54,858 bases of DNA from Gammaproteobacteria bacterium (GTDB taxonomy: Bacteria > Pseudomonadota > Gammaproteobacteria > Arenicellales > Poriferihabitantaceae), in assembly GCA_011523765.1 (NCBI GenBank), contig WTGA01000133.1:1-54858 (forward strand), read 5' to 3'. A model generated the notes under the pieces. The model saw only the letters and a program-made list of their open reading frames with translations, searched no databases and had not been told where the DNA came from. A program made the position numbers and the translations under genes. Positions 1-9,644 of the stretch are shown one piece after another. How positions within the stretch are numbered: position 1 is the stretch's first letter; the number at the start of each line of letters is the position of its first letter.

Positions 1-118
1 ATCCTTTGGCAATGACCATGAACCTTCCGTAATTGCGGGTAAACAGGTCCACCAGCAGGCTGCTCTCCCTGTAGGGCCTTTGATGGAGAATCGCCCCGGA
101 CTGTCGGTGGACTTTCAC
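1..118 (-). CDS. recO: DNA repair protein RecO, N-terminal part (runs off the window edge)
   Basis: Manual minus-strand translation from GTG at 118 gives [39 protein letters not shown], matching the RecO N-terminus (LHxRPYxExSLL...T...GR...AKG). It lies directly downstream of era, as in the conserved rnc-era-recO operon. Confidence 0.9.
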   Translation of the reverse strand, partial: MKVHRQSGAILHQRPYRESSLLVDLFTRNYGRFMVIAKG

Positions 119-130
119 AGCCGGTGATTT

Positions 131-1039
131 TCAGGATTCCGTATACCCCAGGGCATGCAGTTGCCTGGCGCTGTCCGACCACCCCTTCCTCACCTTGACC
201 CACAAGCCCAGAAAAACCTTGTGGTGAATCGTCATTTCAATCTGTTTTCGGGCATTCATGCCGATCATCTTCAGCATCTGCCCGTTTTTCCCCACCACGA
301 TCGATTTCTGGCCTTCCTTCTCCACCCAGACAATGGCCTCAATACGCAATACCTGTTTGTCGTTTTCCTCATATTTTTCGATTTCCACAGCCGTTGAATA
401 GGGCAATTCCTGGCCGAGCACCGAAAACAGTTGCTCCCGGATCAATTCCGTCGCACGGAATTTGTCATTCCTGTCCGTTCTCTGGTCCGCGGGAAATCCC
501 GGGAGACCGACCGGAAGGTGCTTCGCAATCGTTTCGGAAATCCTCCTGAGATCCTCCGCCGATGAAAACCGGGAAGAGACGGGGACAATCTCGACAAAGG
601 GGTAACGCTGCCTGGATTCCTCGATCAATGGCAACAGTGTCCGCTTGTCCCGGATCCGGTCGATCTTGTTGATGAGCAACATGACCGGAATCCGGTTTTG
701 CGTGACCTGCTCCAGTACCCATTCCTGTTCGCCCGACCAGGCCCGCTGGTCAATCAGCAACAGCACCAAATCGACATCGGCCAAACTGGAGATCGCCGTT
801 TTGACAATGATCCGGTTCAGGCGCCTGCCCTGGCTTGGGTGGATGCCCGGAGTATCCACGAAGACGATCTGATAATCGGATTCCGTCTTCACCCCGAGAA
901 TCCGATGCCGGGTGGTTTGCGGGCGTCGGGACGTAATGGAAATTTTTTCCCCCACCAGTTTGTTCAGCAGCGTTGATTTGCCTACGTTTGGCGACCCCGC
1001 CAACGCCACATAACCAAACCGCTTTCCATCAATCGCCAT
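131..1039 (-). CDS. era: GTPase Era
   Basis: G1 GSPNVGKS, G2 PQTTR, G3 DTPG, G4 NKID; KH-domain IVVGKNG and FLGLWVKV; overlaps the rnc stop. Confidence 0.98.
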   Translation of the reverse strand: MAIDGKRFGYVALAGSPNVGKSTLLNKLVGEKISITSRRPQTTRHRILGVKTESDYQIVFVDTPGIHPSQGRRLNRIIVKTAISSLADVDLVLLLIDQRAWSGEQEWVLEQVTQNRIPVMLLINKIDRIRDKRTLLPLIEESRQRYPFVEIVPVSSRFSSAEDLRRISETIAKHLPVGLPGFPADQRTDRNDKFRATELIREQLFSVLGQELPYSTAVEIEKYEENDKQVLRIEAIVWVEKEGQKSIVVGKNGQMLKMIGMNARKQIEMTIHHKVFLGLWVKVRKGWSDSARQLHALGYTES

Positions 1040-1703
1040 CGCTGATCGCTTCCAGGGCCTGGGCAGCGGCTATCTGTTCCGCCTGTTTGCGGGTCTTCCC
1101 GGTGCTCCGGAACTGCCTGTCGGTTCCCGGCAGGGTGCATTCGACCGTGAACGTCCTATTGTGTGCTGCGCCGGTCTTTTCCACGACCTGGTATTCCGGA
1201 ACCGGCAGATTCTTCTTCTGCCACATTTCCTGCAGTACGGTCTTGCTGTCCCGCAGGCCGGAAGCGGAGATCGTGCGGAGGCGTTCCTGGTAAAGCGTTG
1301 CCAGCACCTGCTGAACCACCTGGATTCCGCCGTCAATGCACAGGGCACCCACCACGGCCTCCAGCGCATCCGACAAAATGGAATCCCGGTTGAAGGTCTC
1401 GTTCTTGATTTCGCCCTTGCCCATCCGCAGGCAATGCTGAATACCGATCTCCCGGGCGATACGGGCCAGGGTCGGTCGACAGACCAGGGCAGCCCGCATC
1501 TTTGTCAAATCCCCTTCCGGCAGGGCCGGAAACCGGTGGTACAGGTTCTCGGCAATCACGAAACCGAGGATACTGTCACCCAGATACTCCAGCCGCTCGT
1601 TGTGGGGTTTCCCGGCACTTTTGTGCGAAAGTGCCTGCTTGAGCAACGATTGGTCGTTGAACCGGTATCCCAGCTTCGTTTGCAGCGAATCGACCGTACT
1701 CAT
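1029..1703 (-). CDS. rnc: Ribonuclease III
   Basis: NERLEYLGDSIL signature, DALEAVVGA, C-terminal dsRBD (KTVLQE...AEQIAAAQAL). Start moved to ATG 1703 (MSTVDSLQ). Confidence 0.97.
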   Translation of the reverse strand: MSTVDSLQTKLGYRFNDQSLLKQALSHKSAGKPHNERLEYLGDSILGFVIAENLYHRFPALPEGDLTKMRAALVCRPTLARIAREIGIQHCLRMGKGEIKNETFNRDSILSDALEAVVGALCIDGGIQVVQQVLATLYQERLRTISASGLRDSKTVLQEMWQKKNLPVPEYQVVEKTGAAHNRTFTVECTLPGTDRQFRSTGKTRKQAEQIAAAQALEAISDGD

Positions 1704-2150
1704 CCACCCATTGGATCGTTCCGTCCCTGCAAGCGGACCTGCAGGCCGTGAAAGGCATTGCCCGCCCCATTCCAACCTGGGACCGGGGAGACCGTCTGCG
1801 GTTCCGGCACCAACCCTGCCGACGAAACGATCAGCGGCTCCCGCACACCCTGTGCACGGTCATCGTCTTGGGTACTGCTGCCCATCTCAGGAATCCACGA
1901 TATCGGTTTTTGCCGCTTTGATGGCGGTTGGGGACAAAATGCCATTTTGCAGAACAGGATAAAAAGAATCAAGCGTCCGGCCAAACCGGGGAAATTCGGC
2001 CTGCCCGATGGAATCTTGGCCCGCTCTCCTGAACCCGTCTCTTGAATAGAAAAGTCTGTATTATTGATAATAAACAGTCTTTTATAGCGTTATATTCATG
2101 TTATTTATATATATGGGGATGCCCGTCCTCCTCCTGACACCGGGGGAAGG

Positions 2151-2951
2151 TCATTCGATCGAATGGCCGATGCGGGACCATTCCACCCCGCCTCCGCTCG
2201 TGCTTTTCCAGCTGAACCAGATGAAAAATGCCTTGCCCACCACATGGCTTTCGGGAACGAATCGCCAGAACCGGCTGTCATTGCTGTGGTCCCGATTGTC
2301 CCCCATGACAAAATAATGCCCCTCGGGAACATTGACCTGTGCAAGATCCCGGGACAGCCCTCCCTCATCCAGCAGTATCTGGTGCACGGAATCGTCAATG
2401 GTTTCCTGGATCTGGCTGGCGGTCTTGCCGCGCATCTTCGCCTGCTGGTAGATGAATTCACCATTGGGTTCAGTCGGCACCGGCTGGCCATTGATGCTCA
2501 GTTTCTTGTCCACATACGACAAGGTGTCTCCCGGCAGGCCGATGACCCGTTTGATAAAATTGAGTTCGGGATTTACCGGGTACCGGAACACCATCACATC
2601 ACCTCGTTCAGGGGACCCTACCGACGCAATCTTGGTATTCAGGATCGGCAGTCGTATCCCGTAGGTATACTTGTTCACCAGAATAAAATCACCGATGTGC
2701 AGGCTCGGCAGCATGGAACCGGAAGGGATCCGGAACGGTTCAACGACAAATGAACGGAGTACGAAAACGATCAGTATGACGGGGAATAGTGACCGGGCAT
2801 ACTCGACGACAATGGGTTCTGAACGCGCAGGTTGACTATAACCGGCGAAACGCCGGTTACCCCTGCCTTTTACCCTGGAATAAATCCTGTACAGAAGCGT
2901 AATCCCTCCCGTGATCAGCAAAGCGATAAACATGATTAGAGAAAAATCCAC
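2151..2951 (-). CDS. lepB: Signal peptidase I
   Basis: EPFRIPSGSMLP (catalytic Ser), FIKRVIGLPGD (catalytic Lys), GDNRDHSNDSR; two N-terminal TM segments. Confidence 0.97.
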   Translation of the reverse strand: MDFSLIMFIALLITGGITLLYRIYSRVKGRGNRRFAGYSQPARSEPIVVEYARSLFPVILIVFVLRSFVVEPFRIPSGSMLPSLHIGDFILVNKYTYGIRLPILNTKIASVGSPERGDVMVFRYPVNPELNFIKRVIGLPGDTLSYVDKKLSINGQPVPTEPNGEFIYQQAKMRGKTASQIQETIDDSVHQILLDEGGLSRDLAQVNVPEGHYFVMGDNRDHSNDSRFWRFVPESHVVGKAFFIWFSWKSTSGGGVEWSRIGHSIE

Positions 2952-2992
2952 AAAACACCTCGTATTAAGAAAAAGAATCCGACAACTGTCTT

Positions 2993-4819
2993 TTAGTTTC
3001 TGTCAACTTTGAGTACCGACAGAAACGCTTCCTGGGGGATGGAAACAGACCCGATTTGCTTCATCCGTTTCTTGCCGGCTTTTTGTTTTTCAAGCAACTT
3101 TCTTTTCCTGGTGACATCTCCGCCATAGCACTTGGCCGTGACATTTTTTCTCAAGGCCTTTACCGTTTCCCTGGAAATGATTTTTGCTCCAATGGCCGCC
3201 TGTATGGCGACATCAAACATTTGCCTGGGGATCAATGCACGCATCCGTTTGGCCAATGCGCGTGCCCGGTACTGGCTCTGTTCCCTGTGAACCAGGACAG
3301 ACAGGGGCGCTACCTTTTTTCCGTTGATGAGTATATCAATCTTTACCATGTCGGCGAGCCGGTTTTCGATCAGTTCATAGTCCAGCGACCCGTATCCGCG
3401 GCTGACCGACTTCAGCCGGTCAAAGAAATCGACGACCACCTCTGTCAGCGGCAGATCAAATTCCAGCATGACCTGGCGACCATGGTAATGGATGTTCTTC
3501 TGGACCCCGCGGCTTTCGACGCACAATGTCATCACGGCCCCCACATACTCGTGCGGCACCAGGATATGCGCTTCAATGTAGGGCTCCCTGACCGCTTCAA
3601 TCCTGGAGGGGTCGGGCAATTCCGCAGGATTGTCAACAAACAGGACATTCCCGTTCTTTTCGACGACCTCATAGACTACCGTCGGCGCCGTGACAATCAG
3701 CTCAAGCTGGTATTCCCGTTCGAGCCGTTCCTGGATGATTTCCATATGCAGCATCCCCAAAAATCCGCAACGGAATCCAAACCCGAGGGCCTGGGACGAT
3801 TCAGGTTCAAAGGACAGCGAGGCGTCATTCAGGCTCAGTTTGTCCAGCGCAACCCGGAATGCCTCAAAGTCAGCACTGTTGACGGGGTAAAGGCCCGCGA
3901 ACACCGTCGGCTTGACCTCCTTGAATCCCGGGAGCCGATGGTCCGCCGGACGATTGAACAGGGTAACCGTATCCCCTACCCTGGCCGCCTTGATGTCCTT
4001 CAGGCCCGCCATCAAAAACCCAACATTGCCCGTCGAAAGTTTCTCGACATTGGTGGGCTTGGGGGTGAACACCCCGATATTCTCAACCTGGTAATCCTGG
4101 GATGTGGACATCATCATGATCCGTGTCCGGCCGGAAGTCAGCGAACCATCCATGATTCGGATCAGGGAAACCACGCCGAGGTAGTTGTCAAACCAGGAAT
4201 CCAGGACCAATGCCTTCAGCGGCCCGTTTTCATTCCCGCCAGGCGACGGAAGCAGCCGGACAATCTGTTCCAGAACGGCGCTCACCCCCTGCCCGGTCTT
4301 CGCGCTGACCGCCAGCGCCCCGGTGCAATCCAGTCCAATCACATCCTCGATATCCTGGAGAACCCGGTCCGGTTCTGCAGCAGGCAAGTCAATTTTATTG
4401 ATCAGGGGGATGACGGTCAGTCCCAAATCAACGGCCGCATAGCAATTGGCAACTGTTTGTGCTTCCACCCCCTGGGCCGCATCGACCACCAGCAGTGCCC
4501 CTTCGCATGCGCTGAGCGACCGGGACACCTCATAGGAAAAATCCACATGGCCGGGAGTGTCGATCAGGTTCAGCTGGTACGCCTTCCCGTCTTTGGCCCT
4601 GAAATCCAGGGTCACGCTTTGTGCCTTGATGGTAATTCCCCGTTCCCGTTCCAGGTCCATTGAATCCAGCACCTGTGCCTTCATCTCCCGGTTTTCCAGA
4701 CCGCCGCACAACTGGATGAACCGGTCTGCCAGGGTCGATTTGCCATGGTCCACATGGGCAATAATCGAGAAATTCCGGATTCTTGAGACCGGATAGTTTC
4801 TTCGACCCATGACAGTCAT
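2993..4819 (-). CDS. lepA: Translation elongation factor 4 (LepA)
   Basis: [58 protein letters not shown]. The start could be a few codons downstream. Confidence 0.98.
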   Translation of the reverse strand: MTVMGRRNYPVSRIRNFSIIAHVDHGKSTLADRFIQLCGGLENREMKAQVLDSMDLERERGITIKAQSVTLDFRAKDGKAYQLNLIDTPGHVDFSYEVSRSLSACEGALLVVDAAQGVEAQTVANCYAAVDLGLTVIPLINKIDLPAAEPDRVLQDIEDVIGLDCTGALAVSAKTGQGVSAVLEQIVRLLPSPGGNENGPLKALVLDSWFDNYLGVVSLIRIMDGSLTSGRTRIMMMSTSQDYQVENIGVFTPKPTNVEKLSTGNVGFLMAGLKDIKAARVGDTVTLFNRPADHRLPGFKEVKPTVFAGLYPVNSADFEAFRVALDKLSLNDASLSFEPESSQALGFGFRCGFLGMLHMEIIQERLEREYQLELIVTAPTVVYEVVEKNGNVLFVDNPAELPDPSRIEAVREPYIEAHILVPHEYVGAVMTLCVESRGVQKNIHYHGRQVMLEFDLPLTEVVVDFFDRLKSVSRGYGSLDYELIENRLADMVKIDILINGKKVAPLSVLVHREQSQYRARALAKRMRALIPRQMFDVAIQAAIGAKIISRETVKALRKNVTAKCYGGDVTRKRKLLEKQKAGKKRMKQIGSVSIPQEAFLSVLKVDRN

Positions 4820-5158
4820 TTCAAATCAGTGAGTTACGCTGGGTTTTGTTTCCGGTCTGCGTACAAGCAGAATACCAAATAAGGAAGGGAAGTGGGATTT
4901 TACCCTTTTCTACCCCATAAATGCAGATTAAAATGGGTGCCCGACATCGGGGTTGACTGGTTGCAGGACAGGTATTCGACCAGCGCGCCCATCTCTTTCT
5001 TGTCCGCATCCTGTCGGGAGCCCGGTCAAGGCAAGAAGGCATTGCTGAAAATCGATTGGCCTGCTGAACGCGGGCTGCAGCCCGGCAGGGACTGCCTGCC
5101 GGCCATTTTGGTCCACTGACAATTCCAAACACCATGCCCCCTGTGCAGAACGCTCATC

Positions 5159-6037
5159 ATGTCTGACCATCGAATCATGGTTGGAAGTTTCGTCGCCCTG
5201 GTTTCCGCGATGGCCTTTGCGCTGAACGTGGTCCTGGCCGGCAAGAGCTATGAGTATGGGGCGAATATCCACTCCCTGAACCTGGCACGGGCTGCCCTGT
5301 TCCTTGGCTGCCTGCTCGTCGTGGTGAAACTGAACCGCTCCCAACCGGCGTTCACGCGACGGGCGCATCTCCTGTGTGCGGCGGTTGGTGTTCTGCTGTG
5401 TATCGAAATGTATGTCATGCTGGGTGCCATCCAGACCATCCCCGTGGCGGTGGCGATCCTCATTTTCTACACCTACCCCATCCTCATTGCCCTGTTTGGG
5501 TGGATTGCCGGCACCGACCGGTTTTCAGGGAAATTGCTGGGTTTGCTGGGGGTTGCATTCGGCGGGCTCGTCATCGTTCTGGTCGATTCTCCGGTCAAAC
5601 TCCGCCTGGAAGGCCTGGCCTATTCCGCCGCGGCCGCTCTTGTCATGGCCGCCATGCTGATTACCAGCGAACGGGCACTGCAACACTATGACAACTACCA
5701 GGTTCTCCTGTATGCCCTGGCGGTGGTCACCACCGTTATTCTGGTCATGTCGATGACCATTGTGGACCTTGCCCTGCCGGCCACTGCCCCGGGCTGGCTG
5801 TTCTTTACCGGCAGTACGGTCTTTTATGTCGTGGCCACCTTCTGCCTGTTCACCGCAGTCAGCCTGGTCGGACCATTGCGAACCGCGATTATCGACACTA
5901 CCGCCCCGGTCTGGGCGATTGTCTTTGGATTGATTCTGCTCAACCAGAATCTGACCGTCCAGCAGATTGCGGGAGCCGTCATGGTGGTCACCGCGGTCGG
6001 CGTTCACCAGTACCTGAAATCAAGACCGGATGGTTGA
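5159..6037 (+). CDS. DMT/EamA family membrane transporter
   Basis: 292 aa, about 10 hydrophobic segments in two repeats, with motifs IFYTYPIL and APVWAIVFGLILLNQ. Confidence 0.85.
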   Translation: MSDHRIMVGSFVALVSAMAFALNVVLAGKSYEYGANIHSLNLARAALFLGCLLVVVKLNRSQPAFTRRAHLLCAAVGVLLCIEMYVMLGAIQTIPVAVAILIFYTYPILIALFGWIAGTDRFSGKLLGLLGVAFGGLVIVLVDSPVKLRLEGLAYSAAAALVMAAMLITSERALQHYDNYQVLLYALAVVTTVILVMSMTIVDLALPATAPGWLFFTGSTVFYVVATFCLFTAVSLVGPLRTAIIDTTAPVWAIVFGLILLNQNLTVQQIAGAVMVVTAVGVHQYLKSRPDG

Positions 6038-6346
6038 ACCGCCATGGCATTCTCCGGGACAGGGTTGGCCACCGGACCGGCATCTTCGAGAGACAAGCAA
6101 GCGGCACGGATACACCGGCAATGTGAACGGACGTTCATCGCCTATGGAGCCTGCAGGCCGGTTCCGACCTCCTGCGAGGCCATCCGGAAATCGAAAGGCC
6201 TGGTCATCCGTCGCAAACACCCCGGCGCCCTGGTGCGCCATCAAGACCCCAGCGATGGCTGGATGCCAAGGATGGCCGGGCATTCCCCGGCATGCACAGG
6301 CGGTGTATAGTACCGGATAATGACATCCTAACCCCGAGGAAAACCT

Positions 6347-7174
6347 GTGAATACGACACCGACAGATCGCTCAGAAACGACTTATACCATGGGATACAGC
6401 GAAGATTTCCAGAAACTGCTCAGAAGGCGAAATGCGCAAACCAATGCATCCCATCTTCTTCCGCACCTGAAACCGGGCCTGCAAGTACTGGACCTGGGTT
6501 GTGGCCCCGGAACGATTTCGATGGGCCTCGCCCAGGCAGTCGCCCCCGGAGAAGTGCATGGTGTGGACATCGAGGCATCCCAGATTGCCCTGGCCCAGGC
6601 CGCCGCCTCATCCGGAGGGCACAGCAATGCGGTATTCCAGGCGGGAGACGCAACCGCCCTTGCATTCCCCGACCATACATTCGATATCGTACACTGCCAT
6701 GCCGTACTCATGCATATTCCGGATACCCGGGCAGTGCTGGCGGAGATCATTCGGGTATTGAAACCCGGAGGGATCCTCTCCAGCCGGGACCTGATTGCCG
6801 ACTCATCCTTTTTTGAGCCGGATATGGGAGACCTCGGCAGTGCCTGGACAACCTTTTCGGCACTGCTCAAGGCCAACGGGGGCCATCCGCAGATGGGCAA
6901 GGAACTGAAGCACCTGTTTCATGAAGCCGGTTTTTCCGACGTGACCGCAAGTGCTTCATTTGAAGCATACAGCACTCCGGAAGACATTGAATTTTTGCAT
7001 CACTTTGTCGTCAACTGGTTCTTTTCTCCCGACACGGTGAAGGCCGCGACCCAGTACGGGTTGGCCAGCCAGGAGCAGTTTGACCACTGGCTCAGCCTGC
7101 TGGATGAGTGGAAGGCCCTGCCCGGTGCGTTCGGTACCTTCGCCTGGGGAGAGGCCATCGGGCACCGCCCCTAG
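6347..7174 (+). CDS. Class I SAM-dependent methyltransferase (UbiE-like fold)
   Basis: VLDLGCGPG motif I, GVDI, FDIVH, RVLKPGG; GAGGA RBS before the GTG. Confidence 0.9.
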   Translation: MNTTPTDRSETTYTMGYSEDFQKLLRRRNAQTNASHLLPHLKPGLQVLDLGCGPGTISMGLAQAVAPGEVHGVDIEASQIALAQAAASSGGHSNAVFQAGDATALAFPDHTFDIVHCHAVLMHIPDTRAVLAEIIRVLKPGGILSSRDLIADSSFFEPDMGDLGSAWTTFSALLKANGGHPQMGKELKHLFHEAGFSDVTASASFEAYSTPEDIEFLHHFVVNWFFSPDTVKAATQYGLASQEQFDHWLSLLDEWKALPGAFGTFAWGEAIGHRP

Positions 7175-7362
7175 GAGTTCTCACAGCGGGGCCCCGCAGT
7201 TTTTCAGTTCACGGTTTCGGACGGACGGAAATCACCGACCCCGCTCCCGGCCCTTTGGGCTGGTGACCCGGATGCGGGAGGATGAAAACACCGTATACCG
7301 ACTCTCTTTCAGGCCGGCATCGACCCTGGTGGCCAGGGGCCCGTCTTCCACACGTCGCCGCG

Positions 7363-7821
7363 TCAGGACTGGTGCAGGGGAATCGCAGTGGTATATTTGA
7401 TCTGCTCCATCGCGAAATTCGAACTGACATCATTGATGTCTATTTTCTCGATGAGATTCTGGTAAAAGCGGTCATAGGCCCGCAAATCCGGGACCACAAC
7501 CCGCATCAGATAGTCCACATCGCCGCTCATGCGATAAAACTCCACCACTTCCGGGAAACTGTTCACGATAACCGAAAACTTGCGAAACCACTTGGCATTG
7601 TGCTGGTTGGTGCGTATGGTCACAAATACATCCATGTCACGATTGAGTTTTTCACGGTTCAACAGCGCGACTCTCTTGCTGATCACCCCTGATTTTTCCA
7701 TCATCTGTATCCGCCGCCAGCAAGGGGTCTTGCTCAGGTTGACCTTTTCCGCAATCTCGGACGCACTCAAACTCGCGTCGTGCTGCAGGCAGTCCAATAT
7801 TTTCAAATCAATATGGTCCAT
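7363..7821 (-). CDS. Lrp/AsnC family regulator, DecR (YbaO)-like
   Basis: HTH LSKTPCWRRIQ, YRMSGDVDYL, and C-terminal SSNFAMEQIKYTTAIP typical of the cysteine-responsive DecR subgroup. Confidence 0.9.
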   Translation of the reverse strand: MDHIDLKILDCLQHDASLSASEIAEKVNLSKTPCWRRIQMMEKSGVISKRVALLNREKLNRDMDVFVTIRTNQHNAKWFRKFSVIVNSFPEVVEFYRMSGDVDYLMRVVVPDLRAYDRFYQNLIEKIDINDVSSNFAMEQIKYTTAIPLHQS

Positions 7822-7843
7822 ATCCCATCAACTACCGTCACAG

Positions 7844-7858
7844 TAGTATTTTATTCTA
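7844..7858. promoter_or_regulatory. Putative Lrp-family binding site in AT-rich divergent promoter
   Basis: TAGTATTTTATTCTA matches 14/15 positions of the Lrp consensus YAGHAWATTWTDCTR and lies between the regulator and its divergent neighbour. Confidence 0.5.
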
Positions 7859-7945
7859 AATTATTTCAATATTATAAATCAAATTAGGACACAATCTCGA
7901 ACATTTTAAGCCAAAATACCTTCAAACCCACTGAGATTGAAACCC

Positions 7946-8194
7946 ATGACATACTTCACCCGGCACCTGGAGGCCATCAACGAATCCTATTTTGAACATA
8001 TGCGCCACGCTACGCGGTTTTCCATGAAGCTGGCCGTTGGCAGCATGGCCTGTTTGATCCATTCGATTTTTCCGTTTCTCTGCGAAAAAACGGGCAGCTC
8101 AATCATTTCCGAATTGCATCATGACATGGTGTCCCACCGAACCCGTCCCGGTGGCCGCAAGGATTTTGATGGCCGACTGGCCGACACGGCCTGA
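7946..8194 (+). CDS. Small protein, DUF6356-like
   Basis: HL...ESYFEHM...ACLIHSIFPFLCEKTGS pattern; divergent from the Lrp gene. Family assigned from memory. Confidence 0.7.
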   Translation: MTYFTRHLEAINESYFEHMRHATRFSMKLAVGSMACLIHSIFPFLCEKTGSSIISELHHDMVSHRTRPGGRKDFDGRLADTA

Positions 8195-8229
8195 GACGGG
8201 AAACCAGGCCACCGGGGTCGGGGAAGCCC

Positions 8230-9354
8230 TCAGTCGGTGCCCGCCAGGACGCCGGTGTCGATCTCCTCCATGGAAACCCGCCCGATCTGGGCCAGCGTGG
8301 ATCGAATTTCCTGCAACAGTATTTCCACGATCCGCTCCAGCCCCGCCTCCCTGCGTGCCCCGATCCCGTACAGGAAAGGGCGTCCCAGCATGGCGTAATC
8401 GGCACCTTTGGCCAGCACTTTGACAACCGCCTCTCCATTGCGGATTCCGCTGTCAAACAAAATCGGATAGTCCTCCCCGACGGCCTGCCGAATGCCGGGC
8501 AATACCTCGATGGTGGCTGGCGCACTGTTAAGTTGACGACCTCCATGATTCGAGACATAGATGCCGTCGGCACCGGCCTGCTGGACGCTGAGCGCATCCT
8601 GCACCGAGGTGATTCCCTTGACGACGAGGTTTCCTTTCCACCTGGACCTCAGTTTGTCCAGGAACGTCCAGTCCACCCAGGCCCGGCTGTCCGACCGTCT
8701 GAACCCGCTCGCTGAATCCCGGGCCCGTACATTGACCAACTGGGGTTTTCCCCTGACCAGGGTGGAGAGCGACCAGTGCGGATGAGTTGCAAAGTCGACA
8801 AATTGTTTCACGCCTATCCTGAAAGGGGCTTCAAAACCGTTTCGCTGTTCCCGGTTCCGCTTGGCCACCTCGGGGACATCCGCCGTCAACAGCATGGTTT
8901 CATAGCCACATTTTTCCGCCCGGTCCACCAGGGCCATGGTCATTTCCTCATCGGGTCCCACATAAAGCTGGAACCAGCCGTTTCCACCGGCATATCGTTT
9001 CATTTCTTCCATGGAACAGGACCCCATCGTGGACACCCCGACCGGGATGTCGTATTTCCTGGCTGCCTGTGCGAGCATGCGGTCCGCTTCCGGCCAGGCC
9101 AGACCTGCCAACCCCATGGGGGCAATCCCGAACGGGAGGCCCCACTCCCTGTCCAACAGGTTTTTTTTGAGCACACGGTCCTCCACTTTCACCAAAACAC
9201 GGGGCTGCAGCCGAATTTGGTCGATTGCCGATGCATTGAGATGGTTCAGGTCTTCGTTGCCCGCCGCTCCATCAATATAGTCGAACGCGAGACGCGGCAA
9301 CTTGCCGCGGGCCATCTTTCGTGCATCGTCAATACTGAAAATCTGTTTCACCAT
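8230..9354 (-). CDS. FMN-dependent alpha-hydroxy acid oxidase/dehydrogenase (LldD-like)
   Basis: FDYIDGAAG, GIAPMG, WFQLY, VKGI, VSNHGGRQL, DSGIRNG, LGRP. Start moved to ATG 9354. Confidence 0.93.
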   Translation of the reverse strand: MVKQIFSIDDARKMARGKLPRLAFDYIDGAAGNEDLNHLNASAIDQIRLQPRVLVKVEDRVLKKNLLDREWGLPFGIAPMGLAGLAWPEADRMLAQAARKYDIPVGVSTMGSCSMEEMKRYAGGNGWFQLYVGPDEEMTMALVDRAEKCGYETMLLTADVPEVAKRNREQRNGFEAPFRIGVKQFVDFATHPHWSLSTLVRGKPQLVNVRARDSASGFRRSDSRAWVDWTFLDKLRSRWKGNLVVKGITSVQDALSVQQAGADGIYVSNHGGRQLNSAPATIEVLPGIRQAVGEDYPILFDSGIRNGEAVVKVLAKGADYAMLGRPFLYGIGARREAGLERIVEILLQEIRSTLAQIGRVSMEEIDTGVLAGTD

Positions 9355-9644
9355 GGAGACCGAGTATAGACAACCTGCAGCGGTATAAATACCTCCTGCC
9401 CGAACCTGTCTGGAAGGGTGGACGGGTTTTCGTCCCTGTTTGCCGGGAGGGCAATCCCTCTGCGCCATCCTCCTCCTGTCCGCAACCGCTGGCAGTGTCA
9501 TGAAATGCCGAACCGGCAACCCGAAAAATCCGTGGGGGCATATCTTCCCGCCAGCGACGACCTTCCACTACGGTCCGGCCGGCCGGAAGGTCTTCCGGCG
9601 ACCCGTGTACCGGTGATGCCTGCTGCCGGTGCCGTCCCGCCCTC

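Noticed and set aside
3056-4663. 535-aa plus-strand ORF (also 10428-12146, 42670-44280, 36053-37207, 29130-30347 and many shorter ones)
   Set aside because: These are antisense shadows of well-supported genes, expected in GC-rich DNA, and carry no recognisable motifs.
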